From an uncultured Chloroflexia bacterium (GTDB lineage: Bacteria > Chloroflexota > Chloroflexia > Thermomicrobiales > UBA6265), in the NCBI GenBank assembly GCA_963724295.1, contig CAVRUC010000005.1, positions 1 through 64,000 of the forward strand: a stretch of 64,000 nucleotides of DNA, read 5' to 3'. Of this stretch, positions 44,987 through 54,410 are shown piece after piece (within the stretch, counting starts at the first letter, position 1; each line of letters opens with the position of its first letter). The translations under genes and the position numbers were made by a program. The notes beneath the pieces are model-generated. The model was not told the DNA's origin. It saw nothing but the letters and a program-made list of their open reading frames with translations, and made no database searches.

Positions 44987-45949
44987 TCATCCAGGATATA
45001 CGCTGAAGTATCGAGTAATGGCTTGCTCATACGCACCGACAATGGTCTCGTCCGCGATCTCAGATTGGATGAAGGCCGCATCCTCTGCGTTGGACAGGAA
45101 CAGGCCCTCGATGACGGCCCCAGGCATCTCACTCGGCACCAGCTCGCCAGGGCGTTCCGGACCCGTGACCACGTGGTCCTCGATGCCGATACCTCGGTCG
45201 ACCGCGTCGTAGTCGGCGTTCGCATAGGCCTCGGCCAGGGCCTCGTGCATGAACGTCGCAAACGCCTGCGAGCGGCCGCTGAACCCCCGTTTATCGTTGA
45301 ACCACACTTCATAGCCGGCGAGGAACTCGTTTTCCGCGCCGTTGTAGTGAACCGAGACCAGGAGATCGGCGGCCGCAAGGTTGCAGATGTTGACCCGCGC
45401 TTGCAGGTCGTCCAGTTGGTCGGTTCGCGCAGGTCCTCCCTCCGGTGCTACCTCGCCATCTCCATTGACGTCCTCGTTCGACGGATTCACCTCAGTATCG
45501 GTCTCGCGCGTCAGCACGACCTCGTAGCCCTTTTCGCGCAGTCGCTCCGCCAACATGAGTGAGTGCTCGAGAACGACGTCCTTTTCTTGGAGGACGATGC
45601 GCCCATTTTCCACGCGCACGTTGCCGAGGTCCTCACCACCGTGTCCAGGGTCGATGCAGACGATATTCCGGCCGTCCTGTGCATAGAGCTCGTCGACGCC
45701 AGCCACGGGCACCGGGGCCGGCGTGGGTGTCGGCGACTCGGGTCGGGGCGTCGGCGTCGGGGGTGATGGCGTTGCGGTCGGCGTCGGGAGGGGAGTTGCC
45801 GTGGGGACCGGCGTGGCCGTCGGTGGTGGAGCGGCGAGTCGCTGGCTGCCCAACCGTGCCCCGACGATGAGCGCGGCGATTCCGAGTGAAATGAGCAGAA
45901 TTATGGCCCCGCGGGCGACATCCTCCTGCCGGCTCTGCCGCCAATTCAT
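44987..45949 (-). CDS. Membrane-anchored N-acetylmuramoyl-L-alanine amidase (Amidase_3)
   Basis: IDPGHGG, EKD, LLVSVHYN and MPGAVIEGLFLSN; N-terminal TM and Pro/Thr linker. Confidence 0.9.
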   Translation of the reverse strand: MNWRQSRQEDVARGAIILLISLGIAALIVGARLGSQRLAAPPPTATPVPTATPLPTPTATPSPPTPTPRPESPTPTPAPVPVAGVDELYAQDGRNIVCIDPGHGGEDLGNVRVENGRIVLQEKDVVLEHSLMLAERLREKGYEVVLTRETDTEVNPSNEDVNGDGEVAPEGGPARTDQLDDLQARVNICNLAAADLLVSVHYNGAENEFLAGYEVWFNDKRGFSGRSQAFATFMHEALAEAYANADYDAVDRGIGIEDHVVTGPERPGELVPSEMPGAVIEGLFLSNAEDAAFIQSEIADETIVGAYEQAITRYFSVYPG

Positions 45950-46107
45950 CCTGCTGTCGGCCCTCGGTCCAGATTCGGGAAATCATGCATGCCGCGCTTT
46001 CCGGCGGTCTCGTGCGGTGACTACAATCGGGGCGGGATAGAGCCTAGCCTAGCGGTAACGGCGGCAAGGCACAAGTCCGGGATTTCGAGGGACGATCTCG
46101 CTGCACG

Positions 46108-46136
46108 TTGACAGGATGGAAACCACTCGATACGAT
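46108..46136 (+). promoter_or_regulatory. Sigma70-type promoter of the sugar/polyol ABC operon
   Basis: TTGACA-17 nt-TACGAT. Confidence 0.75.
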
Positions 46137-46303
46137 CCCGCCCACCTCGACGTAGAGGCGAGTTGAAAGCTCGCCGGTCACCGCAACGACTCATGACCAA
46201 GTCACGGGAGTTCAGCTTCGCCCGCGGGGGCTGGCAACCCACGATCCATAGGTTCTGCGATGCATCCGGCAATGACGGCGATCCTCTGAAGGAGGAGACG
46301 ACA

Positions 46304-47683
46304 ATGCGCAGGAGACTTGTCTCCATTTTGGTGATCCTGGCGGTCACCGCGACGACCATGCTTCAACTCGCGACGAGCTCGCTTGCTCAAACGCCGGTGG
46401 CGGCGCCAAACACCGACATTTCCGGCACCATCGACGTTGGGATGGTGGCTAACCCGCAGATGGTTGCGCTGCAAGAGGTCGTGGAGTCGGGTGCCTTCAA
46501 TCAACTCTACCCGAACATCGTCGTCAACCTGACCGTCCTGCCCGAGAACGAGATCAGGCAGACCCTTACCCAGGACGTGACGACGCAGTCCGGCCAGTTC
46601 GACGTCTTCACCATCGGCCCGTTCGAGGTCCCGCTGTGGGCGGAGCAAGGGTGGCTGGAGGAAGTCGGTGAGGCGGCGGGGGCCGATCCCGCCTACAACC
46701 TTGACGATGTCTTCGAGAGCATGAAGGCCGGGCTTACCTATGACGGTGGGCTCTACGCACTGCCGTTCTACGGCGAGAGCGCGATGACCTTCTACCGCAA
46801 GGATCTCTTCGAGGAGGCCGGGCTGGAAATGCCGGAACGGCCGACATGGGATCAGATCGAAGAGTTCGCGGCGGCTCTCAACAAGCCCGGCGAAGTTTCC
46901 GGCGTCTGCTTGCGCGGTCTGCCCGGCTGGGGCGAGATGGGCGCGCCGCTGGGCACCGTGATCAACGCCTTCGGCGGGCGATGGTACGACGAGAATTGGG
47001 TTGCCCAGCTCAATGACCCCGATTCCGCGGAGGCAATCCGCTTCTACATCGAGCTGCTCCAGAACTACGGTCCGGAGGGCGTTGTCGGCAACGGCTTCAC
47101 AGAGAGTCAGACCCTGCTCATCCAGGGTCAGTGCGCACAGTGGTATGACGCCACCTCCGCAGCTGAGCTGATCACCGACCCGGCGACCAACCCTGATTAC
47201 GAGCAGGTCGGGTTTGCCTACGGACCATCGCAGAAGCTACCCACGGGCAACTGGCTCTGGAGTTGGAACTTCGCCATGGCGGCAAACTCGGATGCCAAGG
47301 ACGCCGCCCTCGCGTTCATGATGTGGGCAACGTCGACCGACTATGTCGACACCATCGTCGCCACCGACGGCGGCTGGGGTCGCGCCCCGACCGGGGCCCG
47401 CGCCTCCGTCTACGAGAACCCGTCGTATCAGGAGCGGGCGGCCGACTTTTCCGAAATTGTTCTCAACTCCATCAATGAGGCGAATCCGAACGAGCCGACC
47501 GAGGAGCCAGTGCCATACACCGGCGGGCAGTTCGTTCGCATCCCGGAATTCCAGGAGTTGGGCAACGACGTCACCCAGATATTCGCCTCGGCGATAGTTG
47601 GGGATATCGAGATCGATGCGGCCATCGAGGAGGCCAATAATCTGGCCAACCAGGTTGCCATCGACGCCGGATATCAGGAATAG
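46304..47683 (+). CDS. Sugar/polyol ABC substrate-binding protein (SmoE/MtlE-like)
   Basis: AAGGAGG RBS, signal peptide, PFYGES...YRKDL, CLRGLPGWGE and QFVRIPEFQ. Confidence 0.93.
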   Translation: MRRRLVSILVILAVTATTMLQLATSSLAQTPVAAPNTDISGTIDVGMVANPQMVALQEVVESGAFNQLYPNIVVNLTVLPENEIRQTLTQDVTTQSGQFDVFTIGPFEVPLWAEQGWLEEVGEAAGADPAYNLDDVFESMKAGLTYDGGLYALPFYGESAMTFYRKDLFEEAGLEMPERPTWDQIEEFAAALNKPGEVSGVCLRGLPGWGEMGAPLGTVINAFGGRWYDENWVAQLNDPDSAEAIRFYIELLQNYGPEGVVGNGFTESQTLLIQGQCAQWYDATSAAELITDPATNPDYEQVGFAYGPSQKLPTGNWLWSWNFAMAANSDAKDAALAFMMWATSTDYVDTIVATDGGWGRAPTGARASVYENPSYQERAADFSEIVLNSINEANPNEPTEEPVPYTGGQFVRIPEFQELGNDVTQIFASAIVGDIEIDAAIEEANNLANQVAIDAGYQE

Positions 47684-47739
47684 TCCCGATTGCGCATCGA
47701 GGCTGACGCTGGAGGATGGCTCCAGTAATTCGGCGCTCA

Positions 47740-47768
47740 GGGGGTTGGAGCGACTCGCTCCGACCCCC
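47740..47768 (+). other. Intercistronic stem-loop after the SBP gene
   Basis: GGGGGTTGGAGCG-act-CGCTCCGACCCCC, a 13-bp stem with one G-U pair and no U-tract. Confidence 0.7.
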
Positions 47769-47837
47769 GCCTCGGACTCCTAGTCGGAGAAGGCACACGG
47801 CCCCCGGCGCGTAGACCGTTTCGACGAAGGATTCTCT

Positions 47838-48788
47838 ATGGCGATCGCGGACACTCCGTTACAGACTCGTGCATCGCCATATACAGTGCCAACGGTACGG
47901 CGAGGCCTGGCTGATCATCAGATCGGCCGGTTGCTTGTCCTGCCGGCACTGATTTTCGCCATCCTGGTCACCCAAGTCCCATTCCTGCTGACCATCTGGT
48001 ACAGCCTTCAGCGCTGGAACCTCAACCGGCCCGATCGCCGTGCCTTCGTGGGATTGGATAATTACGTCTTCTTGCTGACGCGAGATCCCGCCTTCCTGGA
48101 GGCCATAGGCAACACTGTCGTCTTCGTCGTTGGTTCGGTGGTAGCGTCTCTGGCCCTCGGCCTGCTCTACGCCGAACTGGTCAACCATCGCTTCCCCGGA
48201 CGGGGCATCGTGCGCACGATGCTGATCACGCCGTTCCTGATCATGCCCGCGGCGGCGGCGCTGACATGGAAGAACCAGTTGCTCAATCCGAATTACGGCG
48301 TCGTCGACTGGGCGGTCAACACCACGTTGCCCGGAAACCCGGGTCCCAGCTGGCTGGACGAATTTCCCATGCTCTCAGTCATCGTGGTCATCGTCTGGCG
48401 CTGGGCCCCGTTCATGATGCTTATCCTCCTTGCCGGCATGCAGTCGATCTCCGAAGAGGTGCGGGAGGCGGCGCGGGTCGATGGCGCGACGGCCAGGCAA
48501 GAGTTTCTTGACATTACCCTTCCTCAGCTGTGGCGATTCATGCAGCTTGGCGGTCTTCTGGGCACGGTCTTCATCGTGCAGGAGATTGACCCGATCTTCA
48601 TGATGACCGGCGGTGGTCCCGGAGACGCGACCACGACGCTGCCCTATCTCGTCTACGAGAAAGCCCGTGAGTCGTTCGACATCGGCCGGGGTGCAGCGCT
48701 CGGCGTCATCGTGGTCTTGATTTCGATCGTCGCCATCACATTCCTGGTGCGGCTCCTCGATCGAATGTTGGAACGGCGCGAGGCGTAG
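47838..48788 (+). CDS. Carbohydrate ABC permease
   Basis: FVGLDNY, EAARVDGA and MTGGGPG. Confidence 0.94.
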   Translation: MAIADTPLQTRASPYTVPTVRRGLADHQIGRLLVLPALIFAILVTQVPFLLTIWYSLQRWNLNRPDRRAFVGLDNYVFLLTRDPAFLEAIGNTVVFVVGSVVASLALGLLYAELVNHRFPGRGIVRTMLITPFLIMPAAAALTWKNQLLNPNYGVVDWAVNTTLPGNPGPSWLDEFPMLSVIVVIVWRWAPFMMLILLAGMQSISEEVREAARVDGATARQEFLDITLPQLWRFMQLGGLLGTVFIVQEIDPIFMMTGGGPGDATTTLPYLVYEKARESFDIGRGAALGVIVVLISIVAITFLVRLLDRMLERREA

Positions 48789-48790
48789 AG

Positions 48791-49693
48791 ATGGCAACGC
48801 TCAGCCCACAGCGAAGTCGATGGTTCGGCTCGATCGGCGCTGGTCGAGGATTTTCGAAGGAAACCGCCTCGCCGCTCTGGGCGGTCACGGCCTGGATCGT
48901 GGGGCTTATCGCCTTTTTCCCTGTCCTCTACATGTTCCTTACCGGCTTCAAGTCAGAGCGCGCGGCGGTGGAGCTTCCTCCAAAGCTGATCTTCTGGCCG
49001 ACGTTCGAGAACTATCAAGCCGTCTTTGGCATCAATTTTCTGCCGTTTTTCCGGAACTCGATCATCACGTCGTTGGTCTCCACGTTTTTCGTTATGCTCC
49101 TCGCCATCCCGTGTGCATATGCCCTGGCCCTCTATCGGCCGAAAAAGTGGAAAGACATCCTGTTCTTCTTCATCTCCACCCGATTCTTGCCCGTGGCCGG
49201 AGTGATCGTGCCCCTTTACGTCATCTTCAGCCCGACTGGTGATCCCGCCCTCGGCGGCCGCGGCCTCAACTTGCTCGGAACGCTGCCGGGGCTGATTCTC
49301 CTCTACACGGCCATGAACCTACCGATTGCAATCTGGATGCTGCGCTCATTCTTCGAAGAGGTGCCCCGGGACGTGCTCGACGCCGCCCGGGTCGACGGCG
49401 CGGGTCTCCCGCGCGAGATGCTTCAGATCGTGCTACCCATGGTGGCGCCCGGTTTGGTGGCGACCATATTCATCTCGATCATCTTCGCCTGGAACGAGTT
49501 CTTTCTGGCCTACAACCTGGCGCCAAAAGAATCGACGGTCCCCATGTTCATGGTCCGCTTCGTGACGTCGGAAGGACTCTTCTGGGCAAAGCTGGCCGCT
49601 TCTTGCACGATGGCGGTCTTCCCAATCGTCCTGCTTGGCTGGATGGCGCAGCGGCAACTGGTGCGCGGCCTCTCGATGGGTGCCGTGAAATAG
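48791..49693 (+). CDS. Carbohydrate ABC permease
   Basis: PTFENY, DAARVDGA, FAWNEF and LVRGLSMGAVK. Confidence 0.94.
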   Translation: MATLSPQRSRWFGSIGAGRGFSKETASPLWAVTAWIVGLIAFFPVLYMFLTGFKSERAAVELPPKLIFWPTFENYQAVFGINFLPFFRNSIITSLVSTFFVMLLAIPCAYALALYRPKKWKDILFFFISTRFLPVAGVIVPLYVIFSPTGDPALGGRGLNLLGTLPGLILLYTAMNLPIAIWMLRSFFEEVPRDVLDAARVDGAGLPREMLQIVLPMVAPGLVATIFISIIFAWNEFFLAYNLAPKESTVPMFMVRFVTSEGLFWAKLAASCTMAVFPIVLLGWMAQRQLVRGLSMGAVK

Positions 49694-49806
49694 CCGCGAC
49701 CGCCGGGAGCGCTTGTACTCGCTGCTGGTACCGACCAGCGTTCGACTTGTGTTCTTCGGCCGAGAGCCAACTACCGATGACTAAAAGCCCACATCGGAGG
49801 TGCGAA

Positions 49807-50820
49807 ATGAAAGCGGTCATGGTCGAGGAACCCGGCAATGTTCGGGTCGTCGATGTCCCCGAACCCGAGCCGGGACCAGACGACGTCGTCGTCCGAGTCA
49901 GCGCCTGCGGTATTTGCGGCACTGATATCCATATCATCGACGGCGAGTTCCCGCCGACGGTCTACCCGATCATCATCGGTCACGAGTTCGGCGGCGAAGT
50001 GACGGCGGTAGGGGAGAACGTCAAAGATATTTCCGTCGGTGACCGCGTTGGCGTCGACCCTACGCTGAATTGCGGCGCCTGCTACTTCTGCCAACGCGGA
50101 ATGGGAAATCTCTGCGAGCGGTGGAACGCGGTCGGCGTCGGGCATCATGCCGGGGGCTTCGCGGAATATGTGGCTGTTCCCGAGCGTGTCGTCTATCCCA
50201 TCCCCGGTGACATGTCGATGAAGGCTGCCGCGCTGATCGAGCCTGTCTCCTGCGTCGTGCGTGGCTTCCATCGCCTGCAACCCCAGACAGGAGAGACCTA
50301 TCTCATCTACGGTGCGGGACCGATGGGACTGCTCAACGCTCAGGTCGCGCGGTACAACGGTGCGAGTCTGGTCGCGCTGATCGACATCAATCCCAGCCGG
50401 CTCGAGCGAGCCAGGAACGATTTCGGCTTCGAGCACGTGGCGACGAACCTCGAAGATCTCCGGCCCATCGCACCCCGGGGATTCGACAATGTGATCGAGG
50501 CGACCGGTGTGACCAAGGTGGCTGAAGCAGCCATTGACGCGGTCAAGCGGCGCGGAAAATTGCTCCTCTTTGGCGTCTGCCCGCCGGGCGAGAAAGCCAG
50601 CTACGACGCGTTCAAGATTTACAACGAGGAGATCTCGATCCTGGGGACGATGGCCGTACTCAATTCCTATGGTCCTGCCATCGACATCCTCAGCTCCGGG
50701 GCCATCGACACCGAGCGGATGGTGTCAGATACGTACACGCTCGATCAATTCCCGGAAGCTGTGGCTCATGTGCGAACCGGCAAGGGGCTGAAGGTTCAGG
50801 TAGCAGGCACGAGCGCCTGA
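49807..50820 (+). CDS. Zinc-dependent alcohol/polyol dehydrogenase
   Basis: CGICGTD, GHEFGG, CxxCxxC..C structural zinc site and GAGPMG. Confidence 0.95.
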   Translation: MKAVMVEEPGNVRVVDVPEPEPGPDDVVVRVSACGICGTDIHIIDGEFPPTVYPIIIGHEFGGEVTAVGENVKDISVGDRVGVDPTLNCGACYFCQRGMGNLCERWNAVGVGHHAGGFAEYVAVPERVVYPIPGDMSMKAAALIEPVSCVVRGFHRLQPQTGETYLIYGAGPMGLLNAQVARYNGASLVALIDINPSRLERARNDFGFEHVATNLEDLRPIAPRGFDNVIEATGVTKVAEAAIDAVKRRGKLLLFGVCPPGEKASYDAFKIYNEEISILGTMAVLNSYGPAIDILSSGAIDTERMVSDTYTLDQFPEAVAHVRTGKGLKVQVAGTSA

Positions 50821-50842
50821 AGTCGGAGTTGAGCGGAGCCGG

Positions 50843-51640
50843 TTAGAGAAACAGCAGCATCGCCCCGGCAACGAATGGGATGATGACGACTGCCGACCGC
50901 AGGAGCCGACGTGGCGCTCGCCGTGTGAAGCGCGCCCCGATATAGGCTCCCGATGCTAACCCGATGGTCAGCCCCAGGAGATGCGGCAGGGAAACGTCGC
51001 CGTGGCGAGCCAGAGCCGCGCCCCCCGAGGCACTGATGAATACCAGCACCAGCATCGTTGTGCCGACGGTCTGACGCAGCGGCAAGTGGTGCACGGTCAG
51101 GAGTCCAAGCTGCAAGAGCGGCGCCATGCCGACGCCGAAAAAAGCAGCCGCTGCCCCGCCCGTGGCGCCCAGTCCAATCCCCGCAAACCACTCCCGCGGG
51201 GATCTCGAGGATTCTCCGTGCCATACCTGCTCGCGTGTCGCCGGTATGGCGCCGGTAAGTCGCGTTCTCAGCCACATGAGAACTGCCAGACCCCAGAGCG
51301 CTATCCCGGCGGACGTTGCCAGCGTTTGATCGTCAACCGCCTGGCTTGCATCAGCCCCCAGCACTGCGCCGGCCGCACCGGAGAGTCCGATGATGAGTCC
51401 GAGGCGCTGCGCAACATTCCCCTCGCGCACGTGCGAGATGGCTCCGGAGACCGTGACGAAGAACATGGCAACCAGTGCGGTGCCAATCGCCGTGTGAGCA
51501 GGAAGGTCAAACCCGGTCGTCAGGATCGCGACGGCAACCCCGGCGCCGCCCGCGCCAACAAACCCAATCAGGAGCCCGATGCCGAACGTAACTGCGGCGA
51601 GCTCGCCGACGATCAGAAGATCGTGGAACCCGAAAATCAC
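50843..51640 (-). CDS. Sulfite exporter TauE/SafE-family membrane protein
   Basis: GLLIGFVGAGGAG, AIGTAL, internal duplication and many TM segments. Confidence 0.9.
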   Translation of the reverse strand: MIFGFHDLLIVGELAAVTFGIGLLIGFVGAGGAGVAVAILTTGFDLPAHTAIGTALVAMFFVTVSGAISHVREGNVAQRLGLIIGLSGAAGAVLGADASQAVDDQTLATSAGIALWGLAVLMWLRTRLTGAIPATREQVWHGESSRSPREWFAGIGLGATGGAAAAFFGVGMAPLLQLGLLTVHHLPLRQTVGTTMLVLVFISASGGAALARHGDVSLPHLLGLTIGLASGAYIGARFTRRAPRRLLRSAVVIIPFVAGAMLLFL

Positions 51641-51945
51641 CGCGTTCGCGGATCGACCACACCCCTGTGCACGACCGCGCGAGTCTCAATTGCGTTGACG
51701 GGCCCCACGTAATGGCGCTCCGCCGGTGGGCGCAGCCAAGGCGCGACGTACCTGCGCCATGCCAGGTAAACAACAACGACCGGGACGATGACCAGCGCGA
51801 CCATCGCCACACGAATGAATGCGCCAATGAATCCAGCGAAGAACCATCCCAGGAGTACACCAAGCAGAATGCCCGCAAAGAAGCCAAAGCTTCCCCATTG
51901 GAAACGCCCGCCCTGGGATCCACGCATGCCATCGCGCCCGTTCAT
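51637..51945 (-). CDS. Small two-TM hypothetical protein
   Basis: Hydrophobic core GFFAGILLGVLLGWFF. Its stop overlaps the tauE start. Confidence 0.65.
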   Translation of the reverse strand: MNGRDGMRGSQGGRFQWGSFGFFAGILLGVLLGWFFAGFIGAFIRVAMVALVIVPVVVVYLAWRRYVAPWLRPPAERHYVGPVNAIETRAVVHRGVVDPRTR

Positions 51946-52161
51946 AGCGACCCCCGAATTGCCCGCGTCTGCTCCCACGAGCCGCCGTGCAAGATTGACT
52001 GCTCTCCAGAGTACCGCACCAGAACCCGAAAATCCTTCACATTTCGCGCACATTCCTGATCCGGCTCGTTGCGCCAGTGACTGGAGCGGCGTGCGCTCCG
52101 GAGTCACCTCAGGTATCCTGCGTGCCGCCTGAGCGGTCCTGCTCCGGCGCCTGGGGGGCAC

Positions 52162-53625
52162 GTGGAAACCACAATCGACGAAGCGCTCGAGGCAGCCGGG
52201 GCGCTCGAGACTCCCGGTCTGCTCGAGGATTCCACCCCTCGTTCCGAAACTCTCGCACCAAAACCGATGACGCAGCGGCGCGTGCTATCGCTGGCCACGC
52301 CGATCATTGGCGAGAATCTGCTGCAGACGTTAGTCGGCGCTGTCGACACGTTCATGGTCGCGCGCCTGGGCTCGGCGGCAGTTGCCGGGGTTGGCACCGG
52401 GTTCGAGATCGTCTTTTTCATCATCTCGATCTTGTCGGCAATTGACGTCGGGGCGACGGTGCTCGTTTCGCAAGCAATCGGCGCCGGTGATCAGCGACGG
52501 GCTAACCAGCTCGCGCGGCAAGCGATCGTCTGGGGTCTGGTCCTGGCCGTCCCCGTGTCTATCGGCATCTACTTCGCCGCACCGGCGATCATCGGACTCT
52601 TCGGCACCGAGCCGGACGTCGCCGAGGCCGCCATCACCTACCTGGAGATTGTTGCGGCCACGAGCGTCGCCTTGTTCCTCTCATTCGTTTGCGGCGCCGT
52701 GCTGCGTGGCGCCGGCGACAGCCGTACTCCGCTCGCGGCGGCAGTGCTGGCCAACATCGTCAACATCATCGTGGCCTACTTGCTGATATTCGGGAACTTC
52801 GGCTTCCCCGCTCTCGGTGTCGCCGGTAGCGCGTTCGGCGCTGCAGCCGGGCGCGGCGCCAGTGCGGTCTATATGCTGGTGGTGATGGCTCGTGGCAGAA
52901 AAGCGATCTCGCTGCATGGCTCCTGGGGGTGGCGCCCGCACTTCACCACTGCTCGCCAACTCTTCGCGCTCGGTATTCCGGCTGCTGTCGAGCAGATGCT
53001 CTCCTCCGGCGCATTCATGGTTCTTCTCGCGGTCGTCGCTCTGATTGGAACACCGGCGCTCGCCGCCCAGCAGATCGCCTTCACCGCGCTTTCGACGGCG
53101 TTCCTGCCTGGGATCGCTTTCTCGATCACGGCGACCGCCCTGGTCGGCCAGAGTATCGGAGCGCGGCTGCCCTCCGACGCACGAAAGGCATGGAGCATCT
53201 CGCTGCGCTGGGCTCTGGTCTGGCTCGGCATCGGTGGTGTGCTTGTCTTCATCTTCAGCGAACAGCTCATGCGGATCTTCTCGTCCGACCCCGAAGTCAT
53301 CTGGTCAGGCGTCAGCTCGTTACACGCGCTCAGCATCGCTCTGCCGTTCTGGGCGGTCTGGTTCGTCAGCAGTGGCAGCCTTCGGGGAAGCGGCGACACG
53401 CGCACACCGCTCATCGTCGGGGCGTCGACGATGTGGCTATCCGTCTTACTGGCCTGGATTGGCGTGCGCTGGTTCGACGCCGGCATGGGTTGGGTCTGGA
53501 CTGGCTTCGTGCTGACCTCAGCACCCGCGTCGATCCTGGTCTGGTGGATCTTCCGTCAACGGATTACCGATTATGAACGCGGGCGCCGCGAGCTGCCTGA
53601 AGTGACCACCGCCCTCGGTCATTGA
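52162..53625 (+). CDS. MATE-family efflux transporter
   Basis: DTFMVARLG, VSQAIGAG, LRGAGDSRTP, VGQSIGA and LRGSGDTRTP. Confidence 0.95.
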   Translation: METTIDEALEAAGALETPGLLEDSTPRSETLAPKPMTQRRVLSLATPIIGENLLQTLVGAVDTFMVARLGSAAVAGVGTGFEIVFFIISILSAIDVGATVLVSQAIGAGDQRRANQLARQAIVWGLVLAVPVSIGIYFAAPAIIGLFGTEPDVAEAAITYLEIVAATSVALFLSFVCGAVLRGAGDSRTPLAAAVLANIVNIIVAYLLIFGNFGFPALGVAGSAFGAAAGRGASAVYMLVVMARGRKAISLHGSWGWRPHFTTARQLFALGIPAAVEQMLSSGAFMVLLAVVALIGTPALAAQQIAFTALSTAFLPGIAFSITATALVGQSIGARLPSDARKAWSISLRWALVWLGIGGVLVFIFSEQLMRIFSSDPEVIWSGVSSLHALSIALPFWAVWFVSSGSLRGSGDTRTPLIVGASTMWLSVLLAWIGVRWFDAGMGWVWTGFVLTSAPASILVWWIFRQRITDYERGRRELPEVTTALGH

Positions 53626-53634
53626 ACCGGCTCT

Positions 53635-54408
53635 TCACCACCACCCATACGGCACATTACGTCTCGGATTGAGCGCGGGGTAACACCCTTGACTAGCAAA
53701 CCTGGAGATCCTCTCCAGGAGAGCCTCGATCTCTCTGCGGTCTATCACATCGGCGAGCGTGTCGCGCAGCTCCTCGCCCCGGTCGCGCAGTTCCGACAGC
53801 TCTCGCCGCAACGACGGAGAGATTGGTTCGCCAACGAATTGCCAGAGGACGGTTCGCAGTTTTGGCTCGCGGTTGAACGTCAGGCCGTGATCGATGCCCC
53901 ACACTTTACCAGTCGCGTCCCGCAGGCAATGGCTGATCTTCCGGTCGGCGTTGTTGACGATGTGATCGAAGAGGACCATCCGTTCGATGGCCGGGTCGCG
54001 GCTGCTCCAGAAGTCGTGGCGGTCCTGGCGGTCGCCTTCCGGTTGAACGTAGAGCTGCACGCTGCCGATGCCGTGCGGACCATTGCGGACAATGGTTGGT
54101 GGAACAAGGTCCCACCCGGCCCAGCGGCTAAACAGGTAGGCGGCCAACTCCCGCAGGTAGAGCGTGCCCTCCGGGAAGTCGTAGAGCGGCGCCTCTCCCG
54201 CGCGAGGCTTGTAGATGGCGAGCTGACTGCGGCCGTCCGGTGCATCGAGTGCTACCGCGAACGAGTAGTTCGATCCCCAGGGGATGAGGCGCGACGCACT
54301 GAACTCGGCGTTGCTCAGGAGTTCGAGTGCGTCGTCTTCCGACAAGGCGGCCGGTGTTTGCTCCCCGCCACCCGATTCATCTCGCAGTTCGAGAAACAAA
54401 TCGGGCAT
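53635..54408 (-). CDS. SCO1664-family PI3/4-kinase-like protein
   Basis: WGSNY, AIYKP..GE.PL.DFP.GTL..RE.AAY, NNADRK..H, IDHGLTF and KLRTVLW. Confidence 0.9.
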   Translation of the reverse strand: MPDLFLELRDESGGGEQTPAALSEDDALELLSNAEFSASRLIPWGSNYSFAVALDAPDGRSQLAIYKPRAGEAPLYDFPEGTLYLRELAAYLFSRWAGWDLVPPTIVRNGPHGIGSVQLYVQPEGDRQDRHDFWSSRDPAIERMVLFDHIVNNADRKISHCLRDATGKVWGIDHGLTFNREPKLRTVLWQFVGEPISPSLRRELSELRDRGEELRDTLADVIDRREIEALLERISRFASQGCYPALNPRRNVPYGWW

Positions 54409-54410
54409 CC

